From assembly GCF_023055435.1 (NCBI RefSeq), contig NW_025963780.1:21452001-21516000 (forward strand): 64,000 nucleotides of DNA, written 5' to 3'. The position numbers were made by a program, and so were the translations under genes. Below are positions 23,438 to 35,900 of the stretch, piece after piece. Every line of letters begins with the position of its first letter. The stretch's first letter is position 1. The notes below the pieces were generated by a model that was not told where the DNA came from, made no database searches, and worked only from the letters and a program-made list of their open reading frames with translations. This DNA comes from Haliotis rufescens (lineage: Eukaryota).

Positions 23438-26400
23438 ATGGTCTTTAAACATGCACGGGCCCATGGAGACAGGCGATTCATGGGCCAATCCACAAGCAAA
23501 CCAGAGACAACGCCTACCACAACTCCAGAAGGATTGATCGGGAAAGCAAATGAAGCCAGTGTCACAGTGGGAGGTAAAGTATGCACAGCTTTACTTGATA
23601 CAGGTTCCACAGTGTCTACTGTTAGTGAATCATTCTACAGGCATCAATTATCTCATCTTCCAATGCATCAACTTGACCGTATTTTGGACATAGAGTGCGC
23701 AGATGGTGGAACATTGCCATACCTAGGGTATATTGAGAGTGAGTTGTTAGCCCCAGGCCTTGAATCAATGGACACTTTGCCTTGTTTACTACTAGTTGTT
23801 GCAGACAGTAGGTATAACTTGTCAGTGCCAATCTTGCTGGGTACTAATATCTTGTCATCTTTGATGGAAAGATGTAAGGCAACAGTGGGTACTAGATTTC
23901 TTCAGAAAACATCACTTCATACCCCATGGTATTTGACATTTAGGAATATGGTCATTAGTGAGAAGGAGTTAGCGAAGAATGATTGGAGGTTAGGACTTGT
24001 CAAGAATATTGAAGACAGGAACATAGTTATTCCACCAAATCCACAAGTCATTATCCAGGGTTATGTTGACAAGGAAATCAGTTATCCTCAAGCTCTTGGT
24101 ACACTACAGTCATGTCAGAGTTCAACTATTCCATCAGACATAGATGTTTCTCCTTCACTTATGTTGTACAAGTATAGGAAGCAGGATCCAATCCAGGTAC
24201 ACTTGTCAAATGTTACCACTCGTACTGTTGTTATTCCACCCAAGCTGTACTCTGTGAAATTCAACCAGTATCTGTAGAAGAGTCCAAGCTGAGTCAGTCA
24301 TCCAATACTGAATCTATTTTGAGCCTTATTGATGTCAATGATAAAGGACTTACCCCCGAAGAACTAGATAAAGGTGTTAAACTTATCTCAAAGTACATTG
24401 ATGTCTTTTCAAGTGGGGAATTAGATCTTGGTCATTCAACTGCAGTACAACTCCTTTTAAACAAAGGCATCGATGTATTCCCCCAGCCATGTTTCAAGAG
24501 GTAAAAGATCATCTTAGACAGTTGCTAGCATGTGGAGTTATACGTAGATCACATAGTCCTTGGGCTTCTAACATTGTCCTGTGTAGGAAGAAGAATGGAA
24601 AACTTAGAATGTGCGTGGACTTCAGACAACTAAACAATTCCACTATTAAGGATAGAGGAAATTTTAGATTGTCTAGCTGGCAGTAAGTTTTACTCTAAGT
24701 TGGACATGAAGTCTGGATATTACCAAGTCGAACTTGCAGAAGAACATAAGGAGCGCACTGCTTTTACAGTTGGCCCTTTAGGTTTCTTTGAGTATAATAG
24801 GCTTCCGTTTGGACTTTGCGACAGTCCGGCGACATTTCAGGGTCTCATGCAAGATTGTCTTGGAGATTTGCCTTTATCAATCAGTGTGATATACATTGAT
24901 GATCTTATCATATTTGCTGATAGCTATGAGGAACACTTCGAACGTCTCACCAAAGTTTTTGACCGCCTGCGCCAATGCAACTGAAAACTGGCTCCAGATA
25001 AGTGTGAATTCTTCAAAGAGAAAGTTGCCTATGTTGGACACGTCATTTCCAAGGACGGAGTTGAACCAGATCCTACAAAAGTAGAAGCCATCAGAAATTG
25101 ACCACGGCCTACCAACCCTTTTGATGTAAGGAAGTTTTTAGGTTTTGCAGGATACTACAGACGGTTTGTAGAGAATTTCTCCAAGATATCTAAGCCTCTA
25201 TCCCAAATAATGCCTAGCCCGAACGACAAGAAAGGAAAATCTACAGTGAACTAGTTTTGGGGAGATCCTCAGGAAGCAGCATTCCAGGAGTTGAAGGATA
25301 GACTTTCATCGCCGCCAGTACTAGGTTACTGTGATTACTCAATCCCATTTGAACTCCATACCGATGCCAGTCAATGTGGCCTAGGTGCTGTACTATACCA
25401 GAATCAAGGCGGGAAGCAGAGAGTCATTGCCTATGCCAGCCGAGGATTGTCAAAGTCAGAGCAGAACTACTCAGCCCACAAACTGGAATTTCTTGCATTG
25501 AAATGGTCAATCACTGAGAAGTTCCATGATTACCTCTTTGGCAATCAATTCACTGCATATACAGATAACAACCCACTGACATATATTCTGACTACCGCAA
25601 AGTTCGACGCAACTGGCCACAGATGGCTAGCTGCCTTGTCAGCTTACAATTTTGATGTCAAATACCGACCTGGAAAATCGAATATTGATGCAGATGTGCT
25701 GTCGCGGATTCCAGGAGATCATACAACAGAGCCTGCAGATAATCAGATTTCCTCAGAATCTGTCAAGGCTATCTGTCAGTCTGTTTCTGCACCCAATTAT
25801 GTTGAGTGTTTAAGCATGTGCTCGGAGTTGGTAGATGTTCTGATACAGGCCATGACCTGAAGAGCTTGTCTCCAAAGGATTGAAGACGTGAACAGTCTTG
25901 TGATCCGACACTTGCAGATGTCATCAAATGGGTCAGAACAGGACAAAAGCCAAGACATGATTACATGCAATCCAGTGAATTTACATCCCTTTCTCGCAGA
26001 TTTGACAACCTTAAACTCAAGCAAGGTGTGTTATACAGAGTGACTACCATGGATGATGAACTTGCAGAACAGTTGGTACTTCCTTATCATCTCCGTGCTC
26101 AAGTTCTTAAGAGTCTTCATGACGATATTGGTCATTTAGGACGGGATAGAACATTGGCTTTGGTAAGAGAGCGATTCTACTGGCCTGGAATGGCAAGTCA
26201 AGTTGAGAAGTGGGTGAAGGAATGCCAGAGATGTTTACGCCGAAAGTCAGCAACAAATACCAGAGCTCCCTTCGTGAATATCGAGACCACATATCCATTG
26301 GAGTTAGTTGCTATGGACTTTATTACCTTGGAACCTTCGAAGGGGAACTATCAGCATATCCTTGTAATTACTGATCACTTCACTTAGTATTCTCAGGCTG

Positions 26401-27959
26401 TTCCAACAAGAAATATGACAGCCCGTACGACAGCAGAAGCATTTCTTAACCACTTCGTAGTCCATTATGGTTTACCAGCCCGAATCCATTCAGACCAAGG
26501 TGCAAACTTCGAAAGTCGTCTGATTGAGGAGCTGTGTACAATTACCGGAATGAAGAAGTCGAGGACAACACCGTACCATCCTATGGGTAACGGCCAGACA
26601 GAGCGCTTCAACAGAACACTTTTGAACATGCTTGGCACACTTGAACCTGATCAAAAGAAGGATTGGAAGATGCATGTTTCTCCTCTAGTTTATGCCTACA
26701 ACTGTACCAAACATGAAACTACTGGTCATTCTCCCTTTTATTTAATGTTTGGACGTCATCCAAGATTGCCGATAGACCTTGCATTTGGAATTGACAGAGA
26801 CCATGCCAACCAGTCGTTACAATCATACACAAAGTCTCTGCGTGACAGACTAAAGAAATCATATGAATTGGCCTCTAACATCACCAGGAAGTCTAAAAGA
26901 AAGCAAAAGCAGAACTATGATCAGCGACCAAGAGGAGAAGCGGTCCATGTTGGTGATAGAGTACTGGTAAAAGCTCTTGCCTTCGAAGGTAAACATAAAC
27001 TAGCAGACCGGTGGGAGGATGATGCATATATTGTCAAAGGACACCCAAACCCCACTATACCCGAGTTTGTAGTGGAACCAGAGAATGGAGATGGTCGAAT
27101 AAGAACTTTGCATGGGAATCATCTCCTCCATATTGGAAGTGTTGCTACGGAAACCGTAAGACCTAAACCAAAACCAAGAAAGAGAACGAGGATTTAAACT
27201 GTGACAAACAAACCAGATGACATACTGGAACAGGATGATGACCATGACAAGGTTATTTTGTCAGTTTCATCTACTCCTCATATTGATTCTGTCTCTTCAG
27301 CCAGTGATACATCCACAGGTAACATGGTTGGTGCTGAAGTTCAACTGACGGAAATGAAGCAACAGGATGAAGGTGATTTAATCCTTGTTGAAGATGTTGT
27401 ACAAGATCGAACTGAGGTAGAAACTGAATCAGTGGAAGTTGACCGTATTGGTGATTCTCCATCAGAATCAGAGTCCACATCGGTCACTAAAGATCAAGAT
27501 GTCATGGATGTTAAGGTCGTTTCGGATCTTGCTAATATCACCCATGTCTCCGATGCTGCCAATGGCATTGCAAAGTATGGTGCTCATGTCACAGATCTTG
27601 CCACTGTCCCGGATGTTGCTGACATAGACCACGTCAGTGATGTTGCAAGTGTCACGAACGTCATGCCAGAAAATCTTGAAACAGAGACTAAAAGTAGTCC
27701 CGAGACATCTGGACTGAACGACGCAAGGACTCGAGCTCCTGTGCAACCTATTCCGCCAGGTCGGCACAGACGATCAGACAGAGTTACAAGGAAACCTGCA
27801 TGGCAAACTAGTGGTGAGTTTGTAATGTCACAAATAGGTCGACCACCAGACTGGCTGGAGAAAGCAAGATTTCTAGAACATCTGGCAACCAGTGGAACTT
27901 TTGACACATTGCCTTCTAAGGTATCAGATGTTCTATTATCCGTCATCAAAGATAAATGA
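23438..27959 (+). pseudogene. Gypsy pol (protease-RT-RNaseH-integrase plus acidic tail), fragmented
   Basis: LLDTGS; SPWASNIV, RMCVDFR, LPFGL, YIDD; HTDAS, TDNNPL; HDDIGH..CQRC, MDF, SDQG, ERFNRTL; multiple stops and frameshifts. Confidence 0.93.
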
Positions 27960-27986
27960 TAGATGACGGGGACTTCATTTATTGAT

Positions 27987-27996
27987 AGGGGGGTAG
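27987..27996 (+). promoter_or_regulatory. Polypurine tract
   Basis: aggggggtag lies immediately before the 3' LTR. Confidence 0.75.
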
Positions 27997-27998
27997 TG

Positions 27999-28648
27999 CG
28001 TAGCCGTGACATTTTGAGGGTATTTTAATGTCATAATTCGGTTCCTTTGTATATATCTATTTTACAATGGTTGGATGTAACATGGTGTTTTATATTTTAT
28101 GGTTTAAAGGTAAAATAAGAATAAAAATAATGTATAAGTCATAAAATGGTTGTAACAAATATTGATGGTTGGTGGCAGTATTCTAATGTTTGTGGTTTTA
28201 AGTGAATGTCAATTAGATTGACATTTGGTTTTGTTTATCTCTTAGTTCCTATGAATTTCATTTATCTGAATGGTTATGACATCAGAGTTATGTAAAGTAT
28301 AATGCTGGATCAAGAGTATTGCCTCATTCTGGATCCAGGATGAAAGTTGTTTATCACCTGACCCTAATTCTTAACTTCTCATTGGCTAATGTAAAAAACT
28401 AAGATAGTCTTCTTTGCACCAATCTAACCAACTCACAATCACAGCACCGCACAGGCAACAGCAAGGTGGCAGTAGGATTTAACAGGTCAGTTAAATACTT
28501 AAACACTAAATTATGTTTAGATTTATTATGTCTTTTACATGTTCATTAAGTATGTTGTTTCTTAGAAATTAATGTCATTTTGTATCTTGTTAAAAATGAT
28601 AAGGTTAAAAAAGGTATTTAATTATAAGTATCTAAAGTACCCGATGTT
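27999..28648 (+). repeat. Gypsy 3' LTR, 5' two-thirds only
   Basis: Matches 15076-15720 with scattered substitutions; stops at ATGTT. Confidence 0.92.
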
Positions 28649-28655
28649 TTGTCAA

Positions 28656-29122
28656 CGGCAAGGAGAAGTAAGGCCCGATGGGAGAGAAGTGAGGGAAAGT
28701 AAGAGACAAGGGGAGAGCGGCAAGGAGAAGTAAGGCCCGATGGGCGAGAAGTGAGGGAAAGTAAGACACAAAGGGAGAGCGGCAAGGAGAAGTAAGGCCC
28801 GATGGGCGAGAAGTGAGGGAAAGTAAGACACAAGGGGAGAGCGGCAAGGAGAAGTAAGGCCCGATGGGCGAGAAGTGAGGGAAAGTAAGAGACAAGGGGA
28901 GAGCGGCAAGGAGAAGTAAGGCCCGATGGGAGAGAAGTGTTGGAAAGTAAGACACAAGGGGAGAGCGGCAAGGAGAAGTAAGGCCCGATGAGAGAGAAGT
29001 GAGGGAAAGTAAGACACAAGGGGAGAGCGGCAAGGAGAAGTAAGGCCCGATGGGCGAGAAGTGAGGGAAAGAAAGACACAAGGGGAGAGCGGCAAGGAGA
29101 AGTAAGGCCCGATCGGAGAGAG
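28656..29122. repeat. 62-bp satellite (same family as 13192-15075)
   Basis: Same consensus unit. Confidence 0.95.
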
Positions 29123-29129
29123 CCTTTCG

Positions 29130-29832
29130 AAATTAAGACCCAAGGCGGCAGAGGCCAGGGAAAGTAAAACCCAAGGGGAGAAGGACTAGGGAAAGTAAGA
29201 CCAAAGGGGAGAAGGACTAGGGAAAGTAAAACCCAAGGGGAGAAGGAGTAGGGAAAGTAAGACCCAAGGGGAGAAGGACTAGGGAAAGTAAGACCAAAGG
29301 GGAGAAGGACTAGGGAAAGTAAGACCCAAGGGGAGAAGGAGTAGGGAAAGTAAGACCCAAGGGGAGAAGGACTAGGGAAAGTAAGACTCAAGGGGAGAAG
29401 GACAAGGGAAAGTAAGACCAAAGGGGAGAAGGACTAGGGAAAGTAAGACCCAAGGGGAGAAGGAGTAGGGAAAGTAAGACCCAAGGGGAGAAGGACTAGG
29501 GAAAGTAAGACCCAAGGGGAGAAGGACTAGGGAAAGTAAGACCCAAGGGGAGAAGGAGTAGGGAAAGTAAGACCCAAGGGGAGAAGGACTAGGGAAAGTA
29601 AGACTCAAGGGGAGAAGGACAAGGGAAAGTAAAACCCAAGGGGAGAAGGACAAGGGAAAGTAAAACCCAAGGGGAGAAGGACTAGGGAAAGTAAAACCCA
29701 AGGGGAGAAGGACAAGGGAAAGTAAAACCCAAGGGGAGAAGGAGTAGGGAAAGTAAAACCCAAGGGGAGAAGGACTAGGGAAAGTAAGACCCAAGGGGAG
29801 AAGGACTAGGGAAAGTAAGACCCAAGGGGAGA
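29130..29832. repeat. 31-bp satellite monomer array
   Basis: Unit aagtaagacccaaggggagaaggactaggga. Confidence 0.95.
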
Positions 29833-30399
29833 AAATAAGTGGCACCAATAGCAGACATCCAATTGCAGCAATGGAGGGGAACAAAACAGTACTAATTGTC
29901 AAAAGGCTGAACAGTTTCAAAAAGTTACTTCAGACACTGTATGTGGATGTATTCAGACAACAAACAAACATTTGAAAATAATTGTCTTACTCCTTACTTG
30001 TGATGAATTAAAGCAGGCAATATCCAATTAAAAATACATCTCACCTCTGTAATGAAATTTTAGACATATGCCATCCTCTGGTGGTTGGTTACCTGCCAAC
30101 GTCTGAATGTTGGTCTTCAGGAACATAACAAAATCCATGGAAACATGTGTTGGTTATTCCTGTCCCCAGACTTCATACAGACAGATACTTATAACATCTA
30201 CCTGTGGAAATTCATGGACAAAATAGTCATATGCCGGCTGAAACTTCTTGAAAGCAGTATGTTCTAAAACACAACCAGGTGTTAAGAAAAGACGATAGAA
30301 TAGAACAACAAGTATGTTTGCAATCTGAAGTACTTTGAAATACATTGGCAGTCAGGAACGTATGTTAAGTGTATTCCTTTACATTGAAAGGCGTAACAT

Positions 30400-31000
30400 A
30401 TGCTTTGTAGACGAATATTACTTTTTAAGGGACTCCAACTTGGTGTGAAATGTAATGTTTCGTCGGATTTGTTCGTTTCTATCAAACAAGTAAGGGCATT
30501 TAAAAAATGGCAACACGAAGGACGTATTATAAGTCCTGAACTATGTTTATCCATGATTGATGATTTCAAAATTAGTAGCTCTGTTCTTACAAGAGTTAAG
30601 ATCACACAAGGTATTAAATTCAATCTTGCGCCTGATCCAATTTTCTATATCTGAACTCAAGTTTTTCAGAGGCTAACATGGTTCAAACACATTGTACAGA
30701 CAGCTGCTAAATATAACCAAATGATACATCTCCTTAAATCTGTATCTAAGACAAAAATAAGTCCTCCATGTCGCATATATATAAGTCACTGAGGTTACCA
30801 AGGTTGGACTATGGTTACCATGTCTTTTTATGAATGCCTCAAAGTTTTGCTTGATGTTATCCAGTCAAAAGTATTGAGACAATAGCCTTTGGAAGTTGAA
30901 TGTTCCATAATACCGCAATGTCTTCTCCGTCAGGTGTTATCTTTGAGATATATCTCAAGCTGAAATCTGCCAGTTTTCAAGCAATCCGCTAGTGATGCCT
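30400..31000 (+). mobile_element. Old non-LTR (LINE) reverse-transcriptase fragment
   Basis: Broken translation gives EGRIISPELCLSMIDD (PQGS..SP motif), LTWFKHI, IYKSLRLPRLDYG and LLDVIQSKVLR. Confidence 0.6.
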
Positions 31001-31846
31001 TGAATGGTTTTCTCATGGTGTCTTCGTAAACAAGAACCTGTGCCAATGTGGTTAAACTTGTAGCACATGACTATTCCTAAAAACTAGGACGATCAAACGC
31101 ATATTTTCATTGATGCGTCTAATGTTGTCCACAGGCAGTCAAGCTCCTGTAAGATTGTCGTAAAAAACATCGGTCGACCCATTATAGAGTATCCAGGGGA
31201 AGTAACTCTTCAATATCCGGAAACTTGCTGTTTTCGGGACAACGGTCCCCACACAAATCCACAAATACAGGACTCAGTCAGTGCATGTTGTATCTATATA
31301 AAAAATGCCAGCAATTAATTGAGTTATAACTTTTTTAATACGTCGACATGATCTGTATACTTCAAAGGGTGGGGGTAGGAACGCACTTTAAAGGTTGACT
31401 CATTTCATGAATTCTGTTTCCTTGTACTGACAGATTTCAAAGTTTCCTAGTGAGTTCATACATCCACGCTTGCATGGACAAACAAACTAGTGTTTACTGT
31501 GTACATAAACTGACGACTTGGAAATGCATGTGCCGTGCTTTTATTAAAGCGTGATTTATTATCCCTTATCTTAAGGTTTGTTTACTTAAAAGTTATTCTT
31601 CCTGATCATGAGTTAGTGAGTCGGGTTTTGTGCTGCTTGTTGCAACATTTCAGCAATAACATTGTGCGTAATTACCCAGTGTATCCTTTTCAACTTGCAC
31701 ACCTGAATGTCTTTACATATATTATTTACTGATAGCATGCACCTTTTCATGGACTTTATTGCAGTTAACACTGGAAAACAGTTCTGTGTCTCGTTTATTG
31801 TAAATTAGACATGTTCTGTTGCGATATGTGACTTGGGTTATCACAT

Positions 31847-31908
31847 GGACCCGGGTCTTCGGCGTGACGAGCGAACGCTTTAACCACTAGGCTACCCGAC
31901 CGCCCCCT
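31847..31908 (-). mobile_element. tRNA(Asp)-derived SINE head
   Basis: Near-identical to the head of 11921-12090. Confidence 0.8.
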
Positions 31909-32899
31909 CATATTGTATGTACATCACATGTTAATATTATTGCTCTATAACACAGAGACACATGCTCATTGGTTTCACAAAACGTCTAAGCCCATGATCA
32001 CGTCATTGAATTATTGTTGAACTAGGTGTTAAAACAAGCTCGCTTACCTGCTCTACTTAAAAAAACGAATATGAATATTGTTTGTTGACCTACATACTCG
32101 AAAATAACTTCAGATTACCTGAAAGTTAGACAAGTGGGGTCGGGCATACAATGAAGAATTCGATAGTCACCAATAAATAAATATTCTCTTCCAAACCGCT
32201 AATGCCTCATCTCGCACTATTCAATCACTCTTGAAGGCAAAACCCCCAAACACCCCGGGCACACTCTCTGCTTAGCGAAAAGGCCTCCCCTGACTCATAG
32301 TTTAGCGTGTGCGCAGAAATCCAAACAGGTTGTACAAACATTCCCAACCCTCAGACTGGTGAAACTAGTTCTGATTAGAGAGCTCAATGTTAAATATTCT
32401 AATTGTTATTTGTAGGTGAACCTTTTTCATTCTTCTCATCAACAAAACATAGTGCGGTTAAAACATTCTCATTTTGTCTTTCGCTGGTGGAATCCAAAAA
32501 TTGAACAATTTCAAATTCAAATTCAAATTACTGATTAGTAATTACTGAATTAGGTAACACTACCATTTGCCATTACTGAAAAAGACAACAGTAAGATTAC
32601 ACATTTCTGAAAAAAGAGGACTAACATTTGCCATCACTTAGAACAACAGCACTAACATTTGACATTAGAAAGAATTGTAGCACTAACGTTTGTCATTATT
32701 GAAAAAGGTAGCACGGATTGACCTTTGTTATTACTGAAAAGGTAGCATAATCTTGCCGTCTTAAGCAAATATTCGGGGGCACAACGTCTCAGTGTTATCA
32801 AACATGACCCTGACGTTCTGCAGATATCAACTGCTTTCTTACTTCCTTATTCAACACTATATAACACGGCCAACCTACCCATTCTCTTGCACCACAAGG

Positions 32900-32967
32900 A
32901 TGGATGCAAAATTATATGTAGTTTTGCTATTATCTGTTTCTGTTCCTTATTCTTTGCAATGGACCGG
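32900..32967 (+). CDS. RTK-like exon 1: signal peptide
   Basis: [22 protein letters not shown], then GG|gtaagt (phase 2, matching the next exon). Confidence 0.7.
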
Positions 32968-35900
32968 GTAAGTTCTTTGATTTGATTTGATATGATTTTG
33001 CGCAAGTTTGTTCGAAGGATATATATATCATTGCACATTTATACAAATTTTCAAACTAGTACCGACATCGTAACCATTTGTTAAAAGTTAACAGTTATTG
33101 TGCAAAACCTCTTTTCAATCATCATGTCAATCCTCTATTCAATCTTTATGTCAATCCTCTATTCAATCTTTATGTCAATCCCTATTCAATCTTTATGTCA
33201 ATCCTCTGTTCAATCTTTATGTCAATCCTCTTTTCAATCTTTATGTCAATCCTCTATTTAATCTTTGTCAATCCTCTGTTCAATCTTTATGTCAATCCTC
33301 TTTTCAATCTTTATGTCAATCCTCTTTTAAATCCATATGTCAATCCTCTATTCAATCTTTATATCAATCCTCTTTTCAATCTTTATGTCAATTCTCTTTT
33401 CAATCTTTATGTCAAACCTCTATTCAATCTTTATGTCAAACCTCTATTCAATCTTTGTCATTCTAATGGTTGCATGTCTTTCTATCACACTCTGTTTGAA
33501 ATGGTAATTAATAACGAGTCGCCATTCCATTCATCTAGCACAAGAAAGGTTTCATAATCAGTGTTATACAATATATGAGCATAAATTGTAATGCAGTTGC
33601 TTAAAAGCAGCTTGATATCGCAGGCAGATGGTCGCGTTGCAACCTACCTGGACTGAATGTTTGAACAGCTTATTATCAATTCATTTTCCATTGTTTTTCC
33701 CACATTTGAACTTATCTAACTTTAACTTGATACATTTCTATAAGATATCTATTACTTTCGGGTGATGTATGATATAGATAACGCTGCTAAATTTAAAAAC
33801 AAAATTGGTGATGTATGCTGTATTTATTGTCTCCGTTATTGCATATATTTGTTTGTCATGTAGCTTTACTTAGTTTGTACATCCACCGAGTATCTTCCTT
33901 AACGAGCATACATCTGTTAGGTATTATAATTACTCTTTAACAAATGTTAGTGTAATCATATCAAAGTATATATCGATATGTGCTTTTAATAAGATTGAAC
34001 AGGTAATTACTTTGGCTGCAGATGGACCTGTATACATTCTTAACATTGTTATTTTGTTAATTGAATATATGTTTATTTATATTCAAACTAGGGGGAGTGA
34101 CATACGCTTCCCTTTGAATTAAGATACAAAATTTAAGAAATTGGATACAGCGGTATCTTTTGATTCTAAGCAATAATTCGTTACTTTCAGACACGTGTGT
34201 CCATACCAGACGGTGTACTACGTGAGCACAACAATCTGCACGTACCATTGTTGGTGGCAGTAAGTCGTTTCCTAAACTTTACTTAACATCACTAAATATT
34301 GACAGCCGCACGTTGCATAACATATATTTTGCATGGCTATTAGAACAGTAATACCATATGTTTGTTTTCTATTCAATGCCGGACTTACCAAGGCCCAGTC
34401 ACGTGACGTCAGTCTGGATTAGATAATCCGGTGACTGACAAAATGTGCACTGACAAATGCAATTGGGATACGATAACTTGCAAACAACCAAGTCACTGAG
34501 CCTGACTACCTGTTCTTTCAGTCACCTCCTACGACAAGCGAGGGTTCCTGTGGACCTCTATATATTACTAGGAATCCCCACGGGTCCTATGATGAAACAA
34601 TACACCTGATCTACAATGTATCCCTGGCATGGGTTTTTGGAAGAAAACCTCTGACATAGGGCAGGTAACCTCCAGTGCTCGTCATCTGACCCCACTTGGA
34701 AATCCGGGTTACTATTGGTCACCCACAACTTGTATTATGCATGTACGACGCGACTGAATGGATCGGGTAGTCAGGAGCGGTGACTTGGTTGATGACGTGT
34801 CATCCTTCCCCGACCACATGGCTCAAACGTGGCTCATAATATCACTCAATGGATTGTCTGGTGCAGAAGGGATTATTTCCGCGCGACCATTTTAAAGAGG
34901 GATATTGGTGAGGTTCCTGTTGAAATATGAGGTCTTGAACGGATAAACAGTGGATGTTCTCGTACGTTGCTTGTAAGAGAAGATACAAAGTAGTTAATAG
35001 TAGTAGTAAATTTATACCAATCTGGTCTTATTTGTTACAGTTGCTGTGATCATGAAGTTATCCAAACACCAATTATAACCACGGCGCATAAGTGTTGTCC
35101 TGGTTGGAGTCACAACGGCGATCACAACTGTAATATTGGTGAGGTTACGTAACTGTGATTGATACTGTTCACATCTACTCTACAGTGAATCCACAAGTTC
35201 ATACGTGACTATCGTCAGCCAATAGTCCCATCATTTATGTAGGCGATTACCTATCCAGCACAGACCGATCTCTAACAAAATCCTTGTTATACCCTACAAC
35301 TCTATTTGTGTTACCGGGAAAGGTGGAGTAATGTATTAATGCATACATATATCAAGATATATGTATATTTATGTTTTGTTCATGGTATATATATATATGA
35401 ATATAATCGCGATGAGCTAAATAATCGATACGTTTTTGTTTGGTTTAGTTTTATAACGCCGCACTCAGCAAAATTCAAGCTCTATCACAGTGGCCTGTAA
35501 ATGATAGCATTGAAGAGACAAACCGGTCACTGACGTTGTGGTTTGTTGCTCATATATCAATCACTGGATTGTCTGGTCCAGATTCGAGTATTTACAGGCC
35601 GCGAGTGTGGCGTTGAACAACAAATTCACAAACATAACACCAATTGTTTGACTTTTTCGATGTCGATTTACTTGTCCAGATCTGGACATGTACTATTCCG
35701 TCCTCGCCAATCATAAATTGATCTCATGTGTTGATACATTTTACATGTTTTACAGCTCAATGCTACCCAGGGTGTGCTAATGGCGGTACCTGCATCTCCC
35801 CCGGCAGGTGTAGCTGTAGGGCAGGATATACTGGCGACACATGTACTGGAGGTAGGTTCAATGTATAAAGTTGGAAGATCGATATAAGAGATCACATTGC

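Larger units (their letters stand above)
15076..28648 (+). mobile_element. Ty3/Gypsy LTR retrotransposon, inactive, with a nested Ngaro insertion
   Basis: 5' LTR TG...CA, PBS, gag then PR-RT-RH-INT order, PPT, partial 3' LTR, 4-bp TSD GTAA; many stops and frameshifts. Confidence 0.95.

Noticed and set aside
28618-29920. Leu/Pro/Ser-rich minus-strand ORFs
   Set aside because: Translations of the 62-bp and 31-bp satellites.
32858-32864. TATATAA upstream of the receptor ATG
   Set aside because: Common in AT-rich DNA and there is no TSS evidence.
33811-33873. Alternative signal-peptide-like [12 protein letters not shown]...
   Set aside because: It ends in TAG without a convincing phase-2 donor; 32900-32967 fits better.
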